The notes: generated from the letters alone by a model not told the origin. 64,000 nt of DNA from Gracilinanus agilis (GCF_016433145.1 NC_058131.1:353330338-353394337); one strand, 5' to 3'; shown: positions 1 through 11,029, counted from the first letter of the stretch. Made by a program: numbers and translations.

Positions 1-50
1 CTCCCTTCAGCTTCACTCGCCGAAGGCATCACTGCCGGAGCTGTGGGAAG
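1..50 (+). CDS. FYVE-domain protein, ZFYVE28/LST2-like, penultimate exon (partial, begins before window)
   Basis: Codons from nt 3 read PFSFTRRRHHCRSCGK (FYVE R(R/K)HHCR motif), followed by GT donor at 51-52 (phase 0). Confidence 0.85.
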
Positions 51-292
51 GTAGAGGACTGCCCTTGGCTTGGATGGTGGAGGGTCAGGACAAGTAGAGG
101 AGAAAGAACACAGAAGGGAACCTGCTGGGGAGGTGGAGAGACAGATGACTGCTGTGTTTCTAGGGTGGTCCTTTCTAGTGCTGGGGAATGGGGGCAGCAG
201 CAGTGAGGTTAGGCCCTTCTGCGGCTGCTGAAGCTCACCTCTCTGGGGTAAGAGTGGAGGAGATGGTGAGCTCTTCCTCCTTTGTCCTCTAG

Positions 293-409
293 ATCTTCTG
301 TTCACGATGCTCATCCAGATCAGTGCCTCTGCCTTGGTTTGGCTACATGAAGCCTGTGCGGGTGTGTGCCCACTGCTATGCTGCCCATGTCATTCCAGGC
401 TGCTCCTGA
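293..409 (+). CDS. FYVE-domain protein, ZFYVE28/LST2-like, last coding exon
   Basis: Polypyrimidine tract and AG at 291-292; reads [41 protein letters not shown] at 407-409; CxxC zinc ligands and RVC motif complete the FYVE finger in phase with the previous exon. Confidence 0.85.
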   Translation: MFCSRCSSRSVPLPWFGYMKPVRVCAHCYAAHVIPGCS

Positions 410-1060
410 CATCTCTGCCCCAGGCATGCATGAGTCTTGGCCAGCTGTTGGAACTGCTTCCGCCTGTGTCCAGGCTCTGTGCTGGGGATTAGGGGGGCCT
501 GGCTGCCCTTGGGACAGTCATCCGGGGTGCTGAATCGAACTCAGGGTGGAGAGATTGAACTCGAGTCTGCAGGGGAGAACTTCCCTGCTGTCCCCTCCCA
601 GGTGAGGGGTGACTCTTGGGCCCTTGGACTGTGGATCTGGGGTACTCCTCCTCCCAATCTTGAAAATTCTCAGGGGTGCTGCTCTCACACAAGCTGCGTG
701 TAAGTGACCGAGAAAGGGCAGAGGTTAGGGTGTGCCCATCCTGTCTCCTTTCCTTCCTTCCTCCTGGGACCTCTTAGAATAGACTGGCCCTACTTTTCAG
801 CCCTCTCCTCTCTTTCACTGCCTTTCCAGGCCTGTAGTCTGGGTCTGGCCTGAAGGGGGACCCTGGGGAGTACGGCCAGGTGTTTGTATATGTATATATA
901 AGGTGTCAGTGGTGGGGTGGAGAGCCCAAGAGCACTCTTATTGAGGCCAGTCTGGGCTTGTGAATAGCTGATCTAACCCATCTGTTCCTGCCTGTCCGGT
1001 GGGGTAAGGGGTGAGCACCGGAGTTATGGTTCCTATTGTTCACAAGTATATTTCTGTTTA

Positions 1061-1066
1061 ATTAAA
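1061..1066 (+). terminator. Candidate poly(A) signal (ATTAAA) of the FYVE gene
   Basis: ATTAAA ~650 nt after the stop, preceded by U-rich sequence; TGTATATA Pumilio-type motif at 891-898 in the putative UTR. Confidence 0.45.
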
Positions 1067-1319
1067 GACAGATTCTTCTAAATGGTCTTTAGCTCTCCTG
1101 TGGCCCAGCTGGCAATGGGAGACAGATGAGATAAAAGGGAAGGAAAATGGGGTTTGTTCAAGGGCTTTTACTCATAGTTGCCAACCGGTTCCTTGGAGTG
1201 CATGGAAGACTGAAAGCAGCCAAGTGGGGATCTGTAGAATACTGGGGGTGGGGGGAAGGTAGTTGAGGATAAAACCAAGGGGCCAATAATCCCTGATTTT
1301 TGTCCTGTGCCTGATAATA

Positions 1320-1540
1320 AGGATAGCTGGATCTGGAGTCAGGAAGACTTGGGTTCAAATCTAACCTCAGATACTTCCTAGCCGTGTGACCCAGGGCAAG
1401 TCACTTAGCCCTATTTGCCTCAGTTTGCTCATGTGTAAAATAAGGTGGAGAAGGAAATGACCAACCACTCTAGTATCTTTGGCAAGAAAATGCCAGATGG
1501 GGTCATGAAAAGTCAGACAACTGAAAATAATTGAATACCA
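1320..1540 (+). mobile_element. MAR1-like CORE-SINE (CORE domain + RTE-type tail)
   Basis: tRNA-derived B box (gggttcaaatc), CORE (gtgtgacccagggcaagtcactt...cctcagttt) and tail gaaggaaatgaccaaccactctagtatctttggcaagaaaat. Boundaries approximate. Confidence 0.7.
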
Positions 1541-1611
1541 CTTGGTGATGATGACAGTAGAGGAGAGATTTCCATGTTATGTCCTTCATTGATGCTTCAT
1601 TTTGGAGTAGA

Positions 1612-1790
1612 GGGCAGGTAGGTGGTTTAGTGGAATCATGGAAGATCTGAGTTCAAATCCTGCCCCAGACCCTTACTAACTGTGAACCTGGTCAAGTCTG
1701 CTCTAGGACTCAGTTTCTTTATCTGTAAAATGAGATTTGGATCTGATAGCCTTGAAAGTCACCTAGCTCCAAATCTTTGATCCTTGATTC
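1612..1790 (+). mobile_element. MIR-like SINE
   Basis: gagttcaaatcctgcc...ctcagtttctttatctgtaaaatgag CORE sequence; boundaries approximate. Confidence 0.6.
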
Positions 1791-1829
1791 TTTTTAAGGT
1801 CTAGCATGAACTTAAAAAAAACAACAACA

Positions 1830-2310
1830 TGATGCCTTATGTTCTTACAGCAAATTTATTTCCAAATATACTGTTCCTTGCCCCCTCCCGCAATGAGATC
1901 CTTTCCTTGTAACAAAAAAACAAAACAAAACAAAAAAAAACACTTGAAACCAACAGACTCAGACATCCAACCTTACATCACATGCAATATTCCACACCCC
2001 CAACTTCCTCACCTTTCCACCAAAAGGAAGGAGGAACATTTCCCCATCTCTCCAAGGGCAAAATGAGTCATGATAATTACACAATGTTGGGCTCTGCCTG
2101 ATTCTTTTTGTTCCCCTTATTCTAGTCTCGGTGTCTATTGTTTTTCTGGTTTCGCATGCTTCTCTCTGCCTCTGTTCACAAATTTTCTACATGTTTTTCT
2201 GGATTCCTCACTTTTGTCATTTGTTATGATGCAATAATATTCTATTACATTCATATGCCACAATTTGTTTACATATTCCCCTGATTGGTGGACACCTATT
2301 TTCTGACCCT
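1830..2310 (-). mobile_element. Old L1 3'-end fragment
   Basis: Resembles marsupial L1 ORF2-end/3'UTR (aatattctattacattcatatgccacaatttgttt) also seen at ~13480-13520 and elsewhere in window. Confidence 0.55.
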
Positions 2311-2689
2311 TGATTTAAAAAAAAAAAGGTTGGGGGTAGTTGGCTCAGTGAATAGAAAGGCAGGCCTTTCTATTGATGAGAGGTCCTGGGTTCAAAATCT
2401 GATCTCTGGCTGTGTGACCCTTAACTCCAATTGCCTGGCTTTTATGGATCTTTTTGCCTGAAACAATACTTTGTATGGATTCTAAGTCAGAAGAAGGTAA
2501 GGGTTTTCAGGTACATAAATAAAATGTTAAAATTTTTAAAAATGTTTTAGTTGTGCCTTTTATTGTTTGCATTAGTCATTTCCAGGTATATCATTCTTCC
2601 ACCTTTACAGCCTTCCTTTATGACAAAGAAAAAGTTAAGCAATAACACAGTGACCATCTAGGAAGTAGTAATAGTAACTTCCTCCTTGC

Positions 2690-3605
2690 TGTCATCCTGG
2701 CCCATAATTTCAGTGTCACCTTGACTCCTCCCTCTCACCCACAACTAATCCGTTAGCTTCCAAATCTTATTTTTTACCTTTACAGCATTCTTGAGTTCTT
2801 TTTTTTCTCCACTCACATAGCTCCACTCTAGTTCAGGCCCTCAAGATCTCTTTTCTGAGTTATTATCCTAGAATCCTGATTGGTTTCCTTGTCTCAGGCC
2901 TTTCTTCAATCCAGTTCCATTCTCTGAATTGTGAATTCCCTGAAGCATAGATCTGAGCATGTTACTCCCCTGTGCAAGTCATTCCACTGGCTCCCTTTTA
3001 CCTCCCTGATCAAGTTTAGAAGTTCCTCTGTTTAGAACTTTAAAAGCCCCTCACAGATAGGCCTTTCTGGGCCTTCACTAGCTCTGTGAAGGAGACAAAT
3101 AGACTCTCTGGCTGTTCCTTATACACAGTATTCCATCTTCCATTTTTCTACTTCTGGGAATTCTTTGTCTCTTTTAAAGCTTAAACACCACCTCCCTTCC
3201 GTTCTTGCCTTTCCTGTTCTCTACCCACTTCCAACCCCCATATTCTAGAACCTTTTCCTCCAATTATCTTTTTTCTTCTCTCTCTCACTCTCTCCCTATT
3301 ACCCCTTCTGTCTCAGTAACAATTCTAATGGCCAAAAGGGCTAGGCAATTGGGGTTAAGTGTCTTGCCCAGGGTCACACAACTGGAAAGCGTCTGAAGTC
3401 AAATTTGAATCCAGGTCTTTTACCTCCAGCCCTGGATCTCTATCCACCGTGCAACTTAGCTGCACCAAATTATCTTGTTATTTTTTTTAATATCGCCTTT
3501 CCCCAGTACCATGTAAACCTCTCAAGTGCAGGGACTGTTTCATGTTTGTCTTTGTTTCCCGGGCGCCCAGCATACAGCAGGTGCTTAATAACTGCGTGTT
3601 GCTAG
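2690..3605 (+). mobile_element. L2 LINE 3' fragment interrupted by a minus-strand SINE (~3327-3465)
   Basis: Pyrimidine-rich L2-type segments (gtcaccttgactcctccctctcac; agatctgagcatgttactccc) ending in L2-type terminus catacagcaggtgcttaataactgc. Confidence 0.6.
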
Positions 3606-3799
3606 TTAAGCTGAAATCCTCACCCATCCTGTACTAACCCTCCCCTCCGTCCCCCAACTTCGGCTGGAGCTTTTTCGGAGTGAGCAAACTTCACCACTAC
3701 AGACAGTGGCAGTACCCCGCATAGTTTTGAGTCTGGTACTCCCTACAGTCATTAGCCAGGGGCTTTCCTGGCGGGTGGATGGGTTGGGAAGTGCATTCT

Positions 3800-4330
3800 T
3801 TTGGGCATCGCCAGGGTAAGGCTGGAATACCGTTTGCGGTTCTGTCCGCGCAAGCTGGAAGCGGGGCGGGTGTGGAGGCAGCACTCGGCACCTGCGCAGT
3901 GCGGTCTCAGGGCGGGGAGTCTAGGCTGATGGCTCCGCCCCCTTTTCAAATTTGAAACCTGCGCTTTCCCGCCTGAATTTGTTTGCTCGGGAGGAGTGAC
4001 GCAGAGACTCCGAGTCAGCTAATGGGAGCAGAGCGGCCTGAGAGCCCCGCCCAGACGGTGACGCCAGCCCCGCCGTGCCAATGAGAGGGCCAGAAAGTGC
4101 CGGCCCAGCCCTGGCTGTGCCCACGTGTAGAGTTTGGCTTGTCTGGTCCAGACAGCTGGAGGAGGAGGCTGTCAGCGGCCGGGACTCCGGGGCCAGAGTC
4201 CAGCTAGGGTTCACAGACTTCATCTATGGCCTCTGAGAGCTTCCCACCGCCGCCGCTCCAGCTTCCTGGGACGCGGACGTCCTCTGCAGGGAGCTCTTAG
4301 TAGGAGGAGAAACTGTGGGCCTTGGAGCTG
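3800..4330. promoter_or_regulatory. Distal CpG island with GC boxes, CHR palindrome, E2F site, CCAAT and E-box
   Basis: CpG-dense; TTTCAAATTTGAAA 3944-3957, TTTCCCGC 3965-3972, CCAAT 4078-4082, CACGTG 4122-4127, GC boxes near 3861 and 3933. Confidence 0.65.
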
Positions 4331-5229
4331 TGCCACAGGACCGGTCCAACCTTAGGCAAGGAATGGCCTCTAATTGTGAGTGTGGTTTTGAGCGTGCCTA
4401 TTTTCTTCTCTGTAAGATGAGGAGAATGGCGGACTAGATGACTTCTGGCCTGTCTCCATTGGCTTATGAGTCTGGGGTCAATGAAAGAGGCGGCAGAGAG
4501 AAGAAAACATTGTGCGCCCCTTCCCAGGAGTCAGAAGATCAGAACTGGAAGGGACCGGAGAAACTGAGAAAACTAAGGTCCAGAGAAGGTGGGACTTGCC
4601 CAGAGTGGCAGAGCCCATCAATGTCGGGGCTGTCCCTCGAATCCAGGGCTCCCCACTCCTCCATTCAGAGCTCTCGCCACAACCCCTCACTTTGACTCTG
4701 CCGTCTTCTTTGTGTGGTCTGCATCTCCCACCCAGGAGCCCCTGGGATCGGTGGAGGTGATAAAGGGAGTGGGGGCCCAGGGTCACTTTCAGAGGGGCTC
4801 TGTCCAAGCCTGGTTCGAGAGCCTCACTGGGTAATTTAGCCTAGCCTCAAACTCAATACCTACTTCTGATGTGGCCACCAGCAGCTTTCTTCCTTTTCCC
4901 TGTGGGACTTTGGACTAGTCACTTCCCTTCCTTTCTCCCTCACCTCTCCACTCCCTGTCCCAAACTTCAGACTTTCTAACTGTAAAATGCGTGTAGATAG
5001 ATGGTTTGTCTCTGCGATCCCCTTTCAGTTCTGATCTTAGGAGTTTTGGAAGCAGTCATGAGCTAGGAACCTACACCCAAGGCGAACAGACGCTTCACCT
5101 GGAGGGAACGCGGGACCTGAATCCAGGGCTCGCCTCTCTGTCGGCCTGGACTCTGCGTGGGGATATCCCAAGGGCTGGGGGAGGAGAAAGAGACCCAAGG
5201 GCCAACCCCAGCCCCAGCTCCCGGGCGAG

Positions 5230-5408
5230 TTCTAAGGGGGCGGGGCGAGGAGCGCTGGACGTTCGAAGGGGGCGGAGTCCGACTGTCTGTGTTTGTTGCG
5301 CCGTGTCAGTTACATTGTAACAAAAGTGCTGCCGCCACCGGAGCCTCAGATCAGTACCGCAGGGCCCTAGTTCGGCACCCCACCCGTTCGCAGGCAGCTG
5401 TGGTCGCG
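5230..5408 (+). promoter_or_regulatory. MXD3: MXD3 proximal promoter / 5'UTR
   Basis: GC boxes GGGGCGGGGC 5237-5246 and GGGGCGGAG 5269-5277, CpG-rich, immediately upstream of ATG 5409. Confidence 0.6.
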
Positions 5409-5481
5409 ATGGAGCAGGGTGCCAGCAGTAGTATCCAGGTTTTACTGCAAGCAGCTGAGTACCTGGATCGGAGGGAGCGAG
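5409..5481 (+). CDS. MXD3: MAX dimerization protein 3, coding exon 1 (Sin3-interaction domain)
   Basis: MEQGASSSIQVLLQAAEYLDRRER + 1 nt; donor GTAAGA at 5482; SID IQVLLQAAEYL. Confidence 0.95.
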
Positions 5482-6082
5482 GTAAGAAACTTGGTCCCCC
5501 CCCCCCTTTGGGCCTCCCTGTATGTCTTGTTCCCCTCGAGTCAGACCCGGGCGCCTGCAGCCGAGAGAGCCCAAGGGTGGGAGGCAGCTCCCCGGTAGAA
5601 AGGCTTTTTTTGCAAGCTAAACTTATTTTGCTTTCACCTTTTAACTTCATCAAGTGACTACCCCGCCTGGATCCAGCGGGGTCAGCAGAACTGGGGTGGG
5701 GGCAGCATCTTGCTGTCCGCTGTCCTCCCCCTCTCCCCCCTTTCAATCCATCCCAGGCTGCTCCGCTAGCTTCTCCCCCGACTCCCCGCCAGGGCTTCGT
5801 TTCCCTCGCTGTCGTAGCTTGAACCCCCGCTCAGCTTGGGAAGAAGGAGGGAAAGAGGACCTGGCGCCAAAAACCTTCTCCCCTTTTCCCCATGGTCCGC
5901 AGCGCGCCCCCCACTCAGGGGGCCGCAGCTCATGAACAATCTAAAGATTGTCCAATAATCTGGCTCGTGATTTGGGGCAAGCCATTTAAACTCTTTTGGG
6001 CCCAGTTTCTCCATTTGTAAAATAACCTGATGTTGAGGTGTCTTGTAGCTCTAATCGTCTCTGAATACAATCTCTCCCTCAG

Positions 6083-6179
6083 AGGCAGAGCACGGCTATG
6101 CTTCCTTGTGTCCTACTCACAGCCTGGGTCCAGTCAACCGCGGAAGGAGGAGACCCAAGGCTCCTAGGGACAGTTTAAG
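6083..6179 (+). CDS. MXD3: MXD3 coding exon 2
   Basis: AG 6081-6082; (E)AEHGYASLCPTHSLGPVNRGRRRPKAPRDSL; GT at 6180; 97 nt, phase 1 to 2. Confidence 0.93.
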
Positions 6180-6563
6180 GTGAAAGTTGGATTTTGGAGG
6201 GGGGGGGGGGTGCAGCATGAGGTGGAGCTGGCTCATCCCAGCCTCAGTCTACTCAACTGTGAAGTGGGTGTCCCCGTTCTGACTCTAGGGGGAGTCTACA
6301 GGTGACTTAGTTTCAGACTTGGTGCCCGATAGGGGGTGGGTAGTGGTTGGAGTAATGGGTCTTTTTCAGGCTGGTCAGAAAGAAAATTGTGTATAACTGA
6401 AGGCAAGCCATTAACCTCCTCGGGCCTCAGTTTCCTCATTTGTAAAATGAGGATTTGGATACTCTATAAGGCCCTTTTCAATGGGAGAGGAAACAGGGTA
6501 GCCTAGGTCTCAGCTGAGTAGCTGCTGGATTGCTTCACCTTCACCCCCTCACTTGCCTTTCAG

Positions 6564-6593
6564 ATCCATGCACAGCGAACTGGAGAAGCACAG
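6564..6593 (+). CDS. MXD3: MXD3 coding exon 3 (basic region, 30 nt)
   Basis: ttgcctttcag acceptor; (R)SMHSELEKH(R); GT at 6594; phase 2 to 2. Confidence 0.92.
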
Positions 6594-7066
6594 GTGATTC
6601 CGGAGGGGGTGGCTTGCTGTTTGGCCTCATTTGCTCCAAAAAGTGTTTTCCCCTTTTTTCAAAATTTCTCCAGGGGCTTGGAGGCCAGGGGGTTTGGGTT
6701 CCCATGGTAGCAGGGGAGAAGGGGGAAACTGCCTGGGGTACCAGGACAACATCTTAGAATCATAGAGGTAGAGCCAGAAGGAACCCGAAATGGTGTTTAG
6801 TCCAACCCTTTCCTTTTCTAGATGAAAACTGGAACTCCCCTTCCCATGATTAAGAAGCAAAGAGGTTTATTTTAGTGAGCCTTGAGCTTATTTGAATTGA
6901 GGCTCTGGCATCTTCCACTTACATGAGTGTCTCTGAATGGCAGTTTCTTTAGCTGTTACTGGAGACAACTATTTACTTGAATTGCCTAATGTACAGAGTT
7001 GTAAAGAAAATGATTGGAAAAGGCTATCCAAAAGTGATATTATTCTCTGAAAAAATGAGAGGGTTA

Positions 7067-7262
7067 GGGGGCAGCCAGATTAGCCAGGCCCAGAGATGAG
7101 AGGTCCTGGGTTCAAATCTGGATTCATACCCTTCCTAGCTGTGTGACCCTGGGCAAGTCACTTAGCCCCCATTGCTAAGCCCTTTCCTCTCTTCTGCCTT
7201 GGAATCAATACACAGTCTTGAGTCTAAGGCAGAAGGTAAGGGTTGTAATTTAAAAAAAAAAA
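7067..7262 (+). mobile_element. SINE1_Mdo-like SINE
   Basis: ggggcagc head, gggttcaaatc B box, cttctgccttggaatcaatacacagt...gaaggtaaggg tail and A-tract. Confidence 0.75.
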
Positions 7263-7574
7263 TGATGGAGTTAGGCTTACCTAATCTCTAGGATTCCTTT
7301 CTGGTTAGGATTATAGCACTAGGGAGTTAGGTGAGGACCCTTGCCTTATTAGCATTATTGTCACCATCCTGGAGGACAGGGGGACCTTGAACCAAAGGAA
7401 GCAGTCCTCAGGTGGAAAGGCTGCTGGATAGGAAGTGGTCCTGGGTTTCCTGCTGGACCCAACTGGAGCCTGGCAATTTGCTGCTGTTCCCCAAACCTCC
7501 CCCCATCTTAGGGGAAGCCCCCAAACCCATGGATCCCTTCCCAGAAGGCCTGCTCACTCTCTTCCCTCCCACAG

Positions 7575-7689
7575 GAGGGCCCAGCTGAGACACTGCTTGG
7601 AGCAGTTGAAACAACAGATGCCCCTGAGCACAGATTGTGCCCGATACACCACCCTGAGCCTGCTGCGCCGGGCTCGTCTACATATCCAG
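7575..7689 (+). CDS. MXD3: MXD3 coding exon 4 (helix-loop-helix)
   Basis: [38 protein letters not shown]; acceptor ccacag, donor GTGAGG at 7690. Confidence 0.96.
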
Positions 7690-8169
7690 GTGAGGTGGGA
7701 AGGCACAGGGCCTGACTGGACTCTGTCCTGTTCCCCATGGGAGGAGGATCAGGGACGAGGGGAAGCACAGTGCTATCTCGCGTGTTGCAGAGGGAGAGGG
7801 CTCCAACTATTAGAGAGTTGGAATTCTCCCAGTGTTCCATTTGCCATCATAGTGCAATAGAATGCTAGATCTGGAAGAGACTAAATGACTGTGTAGTCTA
7901 GCCTTTTCCTGATGTGGAGGAGAAAACGGAGGGCCAGAGACAGGATTACCTTGACCAAGGTAATGTCATTGCTGGAGTCAATCACTGTTGCCCCTCTTCT
8001 GGCTTCAGAACCTCTTTCTTCTTATCATATTCCTCCTTCTTGGTGTTAGAAGCATACATTGAAGGTGAAGGCTCATGGGGCCAGCCCCTTGCTATCTAGA
8101 CAGGATGAGGGATTGTGCCCTGGAGGGACTTCTTATACACGGGGCCAACGTCTCCATGGTGTCAGTGAA

Positions 8170-8940
8170 ATTGGGACAAATGGAGGCCATTAGTGCTGTG
8201 ACATCTCCAGAGAGAGGTGAGCAGGATGTTTCATCTCTATTAATTTAGTAGGGATAAATGTTAAGTCCTTCAACCAGGCCCCCAAAGTATCCTGAACAAA
8301 TATGAGCTACATAAGATTTATCTAAACAAGAATTAATGTGTGGGAAAAAACAGACATGAGGTGTTAGCAGACTCCACTTAATATGAATTAGCAATGTCCT
8401 GGGAAGGCCAAAAAATAGTCTCAGGGCTGCTTAGACATGCAACATTCCCTTTAGAGAGGGGGCAATGGTCTCTCTGTTCATTCATTAAAACAGGCTACAC
8501 TTGACGTATCATTTCCAGTTTGGGGCTCCGCATTTTAGAAGGAATACTCATGAGCAAAAATTCATTTAGAGGAGGCAGCTAGGTGTCGTAGGGAATAGAG
8601 CACCAGGGCTGGAGTTGGAGGATCTGGATTCAAATTTGGCCTCAGACACTTCCTAGCTGTGTGGTCCTGGGCAAGTCACTTAATCCCAGTTGCCTATCCC
8701 TTACCCCTCTTCTGCCTTAGAATGGATTCTTAGTATCAATTCTAAGAAGGTAAGGATTAAAAAGTTTTAAAAAAGAATTCTTTAGAGGACCATAGACCAG
8801 GATGTTTAAAATCCTGCCGTAGGACTTGAATCAATGGAAGGGATTGGGAATGTTTAGACTGAAGAAGACTTAAGAGGATGATGGTGATGCACTTGCTCTC
8901 TTTACATGTCCAAAGAGATGGCATGGGGGGAAGTGACTAG
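8170..8940 (+). mobile_element. L3/CR1-like LINE 3' fragment interrupted by a SINE1_Mdo-like copy (~8572-8775)
   Basis: CR1-type segments (tccagtttggggctccgcattttagaagg; gggaatgtttagactgaagaaga); SINE flanked by near-duplicate aattc(a)tttagagg. Confidence 0.5.
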
Positions 8941-9340
8941 ACTGTGCTGGTTAGCTCCTCATCACCAGCCCCAGAGGACCAAGTTGTCAAGAAGCACGGT
9001 TTGTTAGGGAGAAACATGCTAACAATGAGAGCTGGCCAACAATGGGAACAGTCTGCTGCTCTGGGAGCTTACAGGGGTCTTTGTCACTGGGGGTCTTCAA
9101 GGGAAGCGTGGATGAGTACTTGCTGGGAAGGTGTAGAAGGGAGTCCTTATTTAAATTGTACAATTAGGGGCAGCTCGGTAGCACCATGGATAGAGCACCA
9201 GCATGGAATCTAGAGGTCCTGGGTTCAAACATGGCCTCAGACACTTCCTAGCTGTGTGACCCTGGGCAAGTCACTCAACCCCAATAACCTAGCCCTTACT
9301 GCTCTTCTGTCTAGAATTGGTACTAAAAACAGAAGCTAAG

Positions 9341-9344
<4 letters not shown>

Positions 9345-9378
<34 letters not shown>
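9345..9378. repeat. (TA)17 microsatellite at the tail of a SINE (~9165-9345)
   Basis: Perfect TA run. Confidence 0.95.
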
Positions 9379-9382
<4 letters not shown>

Positions 9383-10823
9383 ACATCCCCTAAATGTACT
9401 ATATGCCTAATAGTACATTTAGGGGACGTAATAAGTGAACTCACAGCTTCTAGGATAGAAAGAACTCAGATTGGTATAGAGGAGGGAGAGCTTTCTAGTT
9501 TGGTCCAAAGCAATAGCTAGGGATTCTGTAAAAAAAAAAAAAAAGCTAAAAGAGAATGTGTACCAAGGCATGGGGCAAGGGAGGGAGGGAGGGAAGGAGG
9601 GGGAACAATCTGTTCGTGGGCCCCAAGGTGGAAATCTAGAGAATAGCAAGGAGGAGATTAAAACCATCTGCTAGTGCTTAGTATGGTGCCTGGCACAAAG
9701 GATCAGAGATCTAGGGCCAGAAGGGGACCACATACTCCATCTTGTCTAAGCTCTTCAGAGGAAACTGACTTGACCATGGTGACAAAATGAATAAGTATCC
9801 CAAGCAGGATTTGAATACGGGTCTTCCCGACTCCAATGCCTATCCCTGCCATGCCTCATATACTAGGAGCCCTCATGAAGCAAGTGCTCAATGAATGCTC
9901 ACTGAATGAATTCCATAGGAGCTCTATTAATTCCCCATTGTTCCTATGGTCTTTTTGCCTTCTCCTTGTCTTGTTCTAGTAGATTTTTCAGACAGGAGAT
10001 GACTATCCCTTCTCCCCTGGTTCCTTCCTAATCTGCCTAAAACATACTCGGGTCTTCCCAGTCCTAAAACTGTCACTCCTCACCCCTTCTCTCTCCTCGA
10101 ACCATCATCCATATCCCCAACCCAACCCCTTCACTGTCAAACCTCTGAGAAATGTCATCTGTACCCAATGTTGTCAATTCTTTATCTCTCGTTCATTCAC
10201 TTTTCAACCTGTTCCTATGTGTCTTTCATCCTTGCCAGTCCCCATGGATCCACTCTTAAAAGTCACCAACGTTCTCCTAATCAATTCATCCAGCGCCGTT
10301 TTATCAGTCCTTGTCCATTTGGTGCCTTCTACAGCATTTGACATGATAGACAATCCTGTTTTCCTTTACTTTTCCTTTTTTTTAAAAAAACTCTTACCTA
10401 ATGTCTTAGAATTGACACTAAATTTTGGTTCCAAGGCAGAAGAGCAGTAAGGGCTGGGCAATTGGGGTTAAGTGACTTAATGTGGATCACACAGCTAGGA
10501 AATGTCTGAGGTCAGATTTGAATCCAGAACCTCCAGACTCCAGACTTGGCACTCTTGAATGAGCCATGTGGCTGCCCCAACCCTTTCTGGCTACTTTTCC
10601 CTACCTTGGTTTTAGAGTCTGAACATTCTCCTTGTTCTCCCTGACTACTGGTTCCCTACCTGTTCTTGTTCCTCACCCTGAAAGAAATTGAATCTAGAGT
10701 AAGAACAACTGCTTTCAAATCCCAACCTTGCCATGTCTAATAATGATGGCTAATGGCTCTTTGTCTGTGAAGCATTTTTTTATGCATATCACTTAATGGG
10801 GCCTTATATACATTCTGAAGACT

Positions 10824-11029
10824 GTTTTTTTTTTTTAAACCCTTACCTTCCATCTTGGAGTCAATACTGTGTATTGGCTCCAAGGCAGAAGAGTGGTAAA
10901 GGTAGGCAATAGGGGTTAAGTGACTTGCCCAGGGCCACACAGCTAGGAAGTGTGTGAGGCCATGTTTGAACCCAAGACTTCCCATTTCTAGGCCTGGCTC
11001 TCAATCTACTGAGCCACCCAGCTGTTGCC
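10824..11029 (-). mobile_element. SINE1_Mdo-like SINE with TSD
   Basis: Full-length reverse copy; flanking duplication CTGAAGACT at 10815-10823 and 11030-11038. Confidence 0.85.

Noticed and set aside
307-703. ORFs 307-492, 437-703 and 489-692 from the track
   Set aside because: Wrong frame relative to the FYVE exon or within its 3'UTR; no motifs.
5006-5746. Cluster of 100-166 aa ORFs on both strands
   Set aside because: GC-rich MXD3 promoter/exon 1; only 5409-5481 is supported by splice sites and homology.
7067-7140. tRNA-like A/B boxes at SINE heads (many copies)
   Set aside because: tRNA-derived SINE 5' ends without cloverleaf structure; not tRNA genes.
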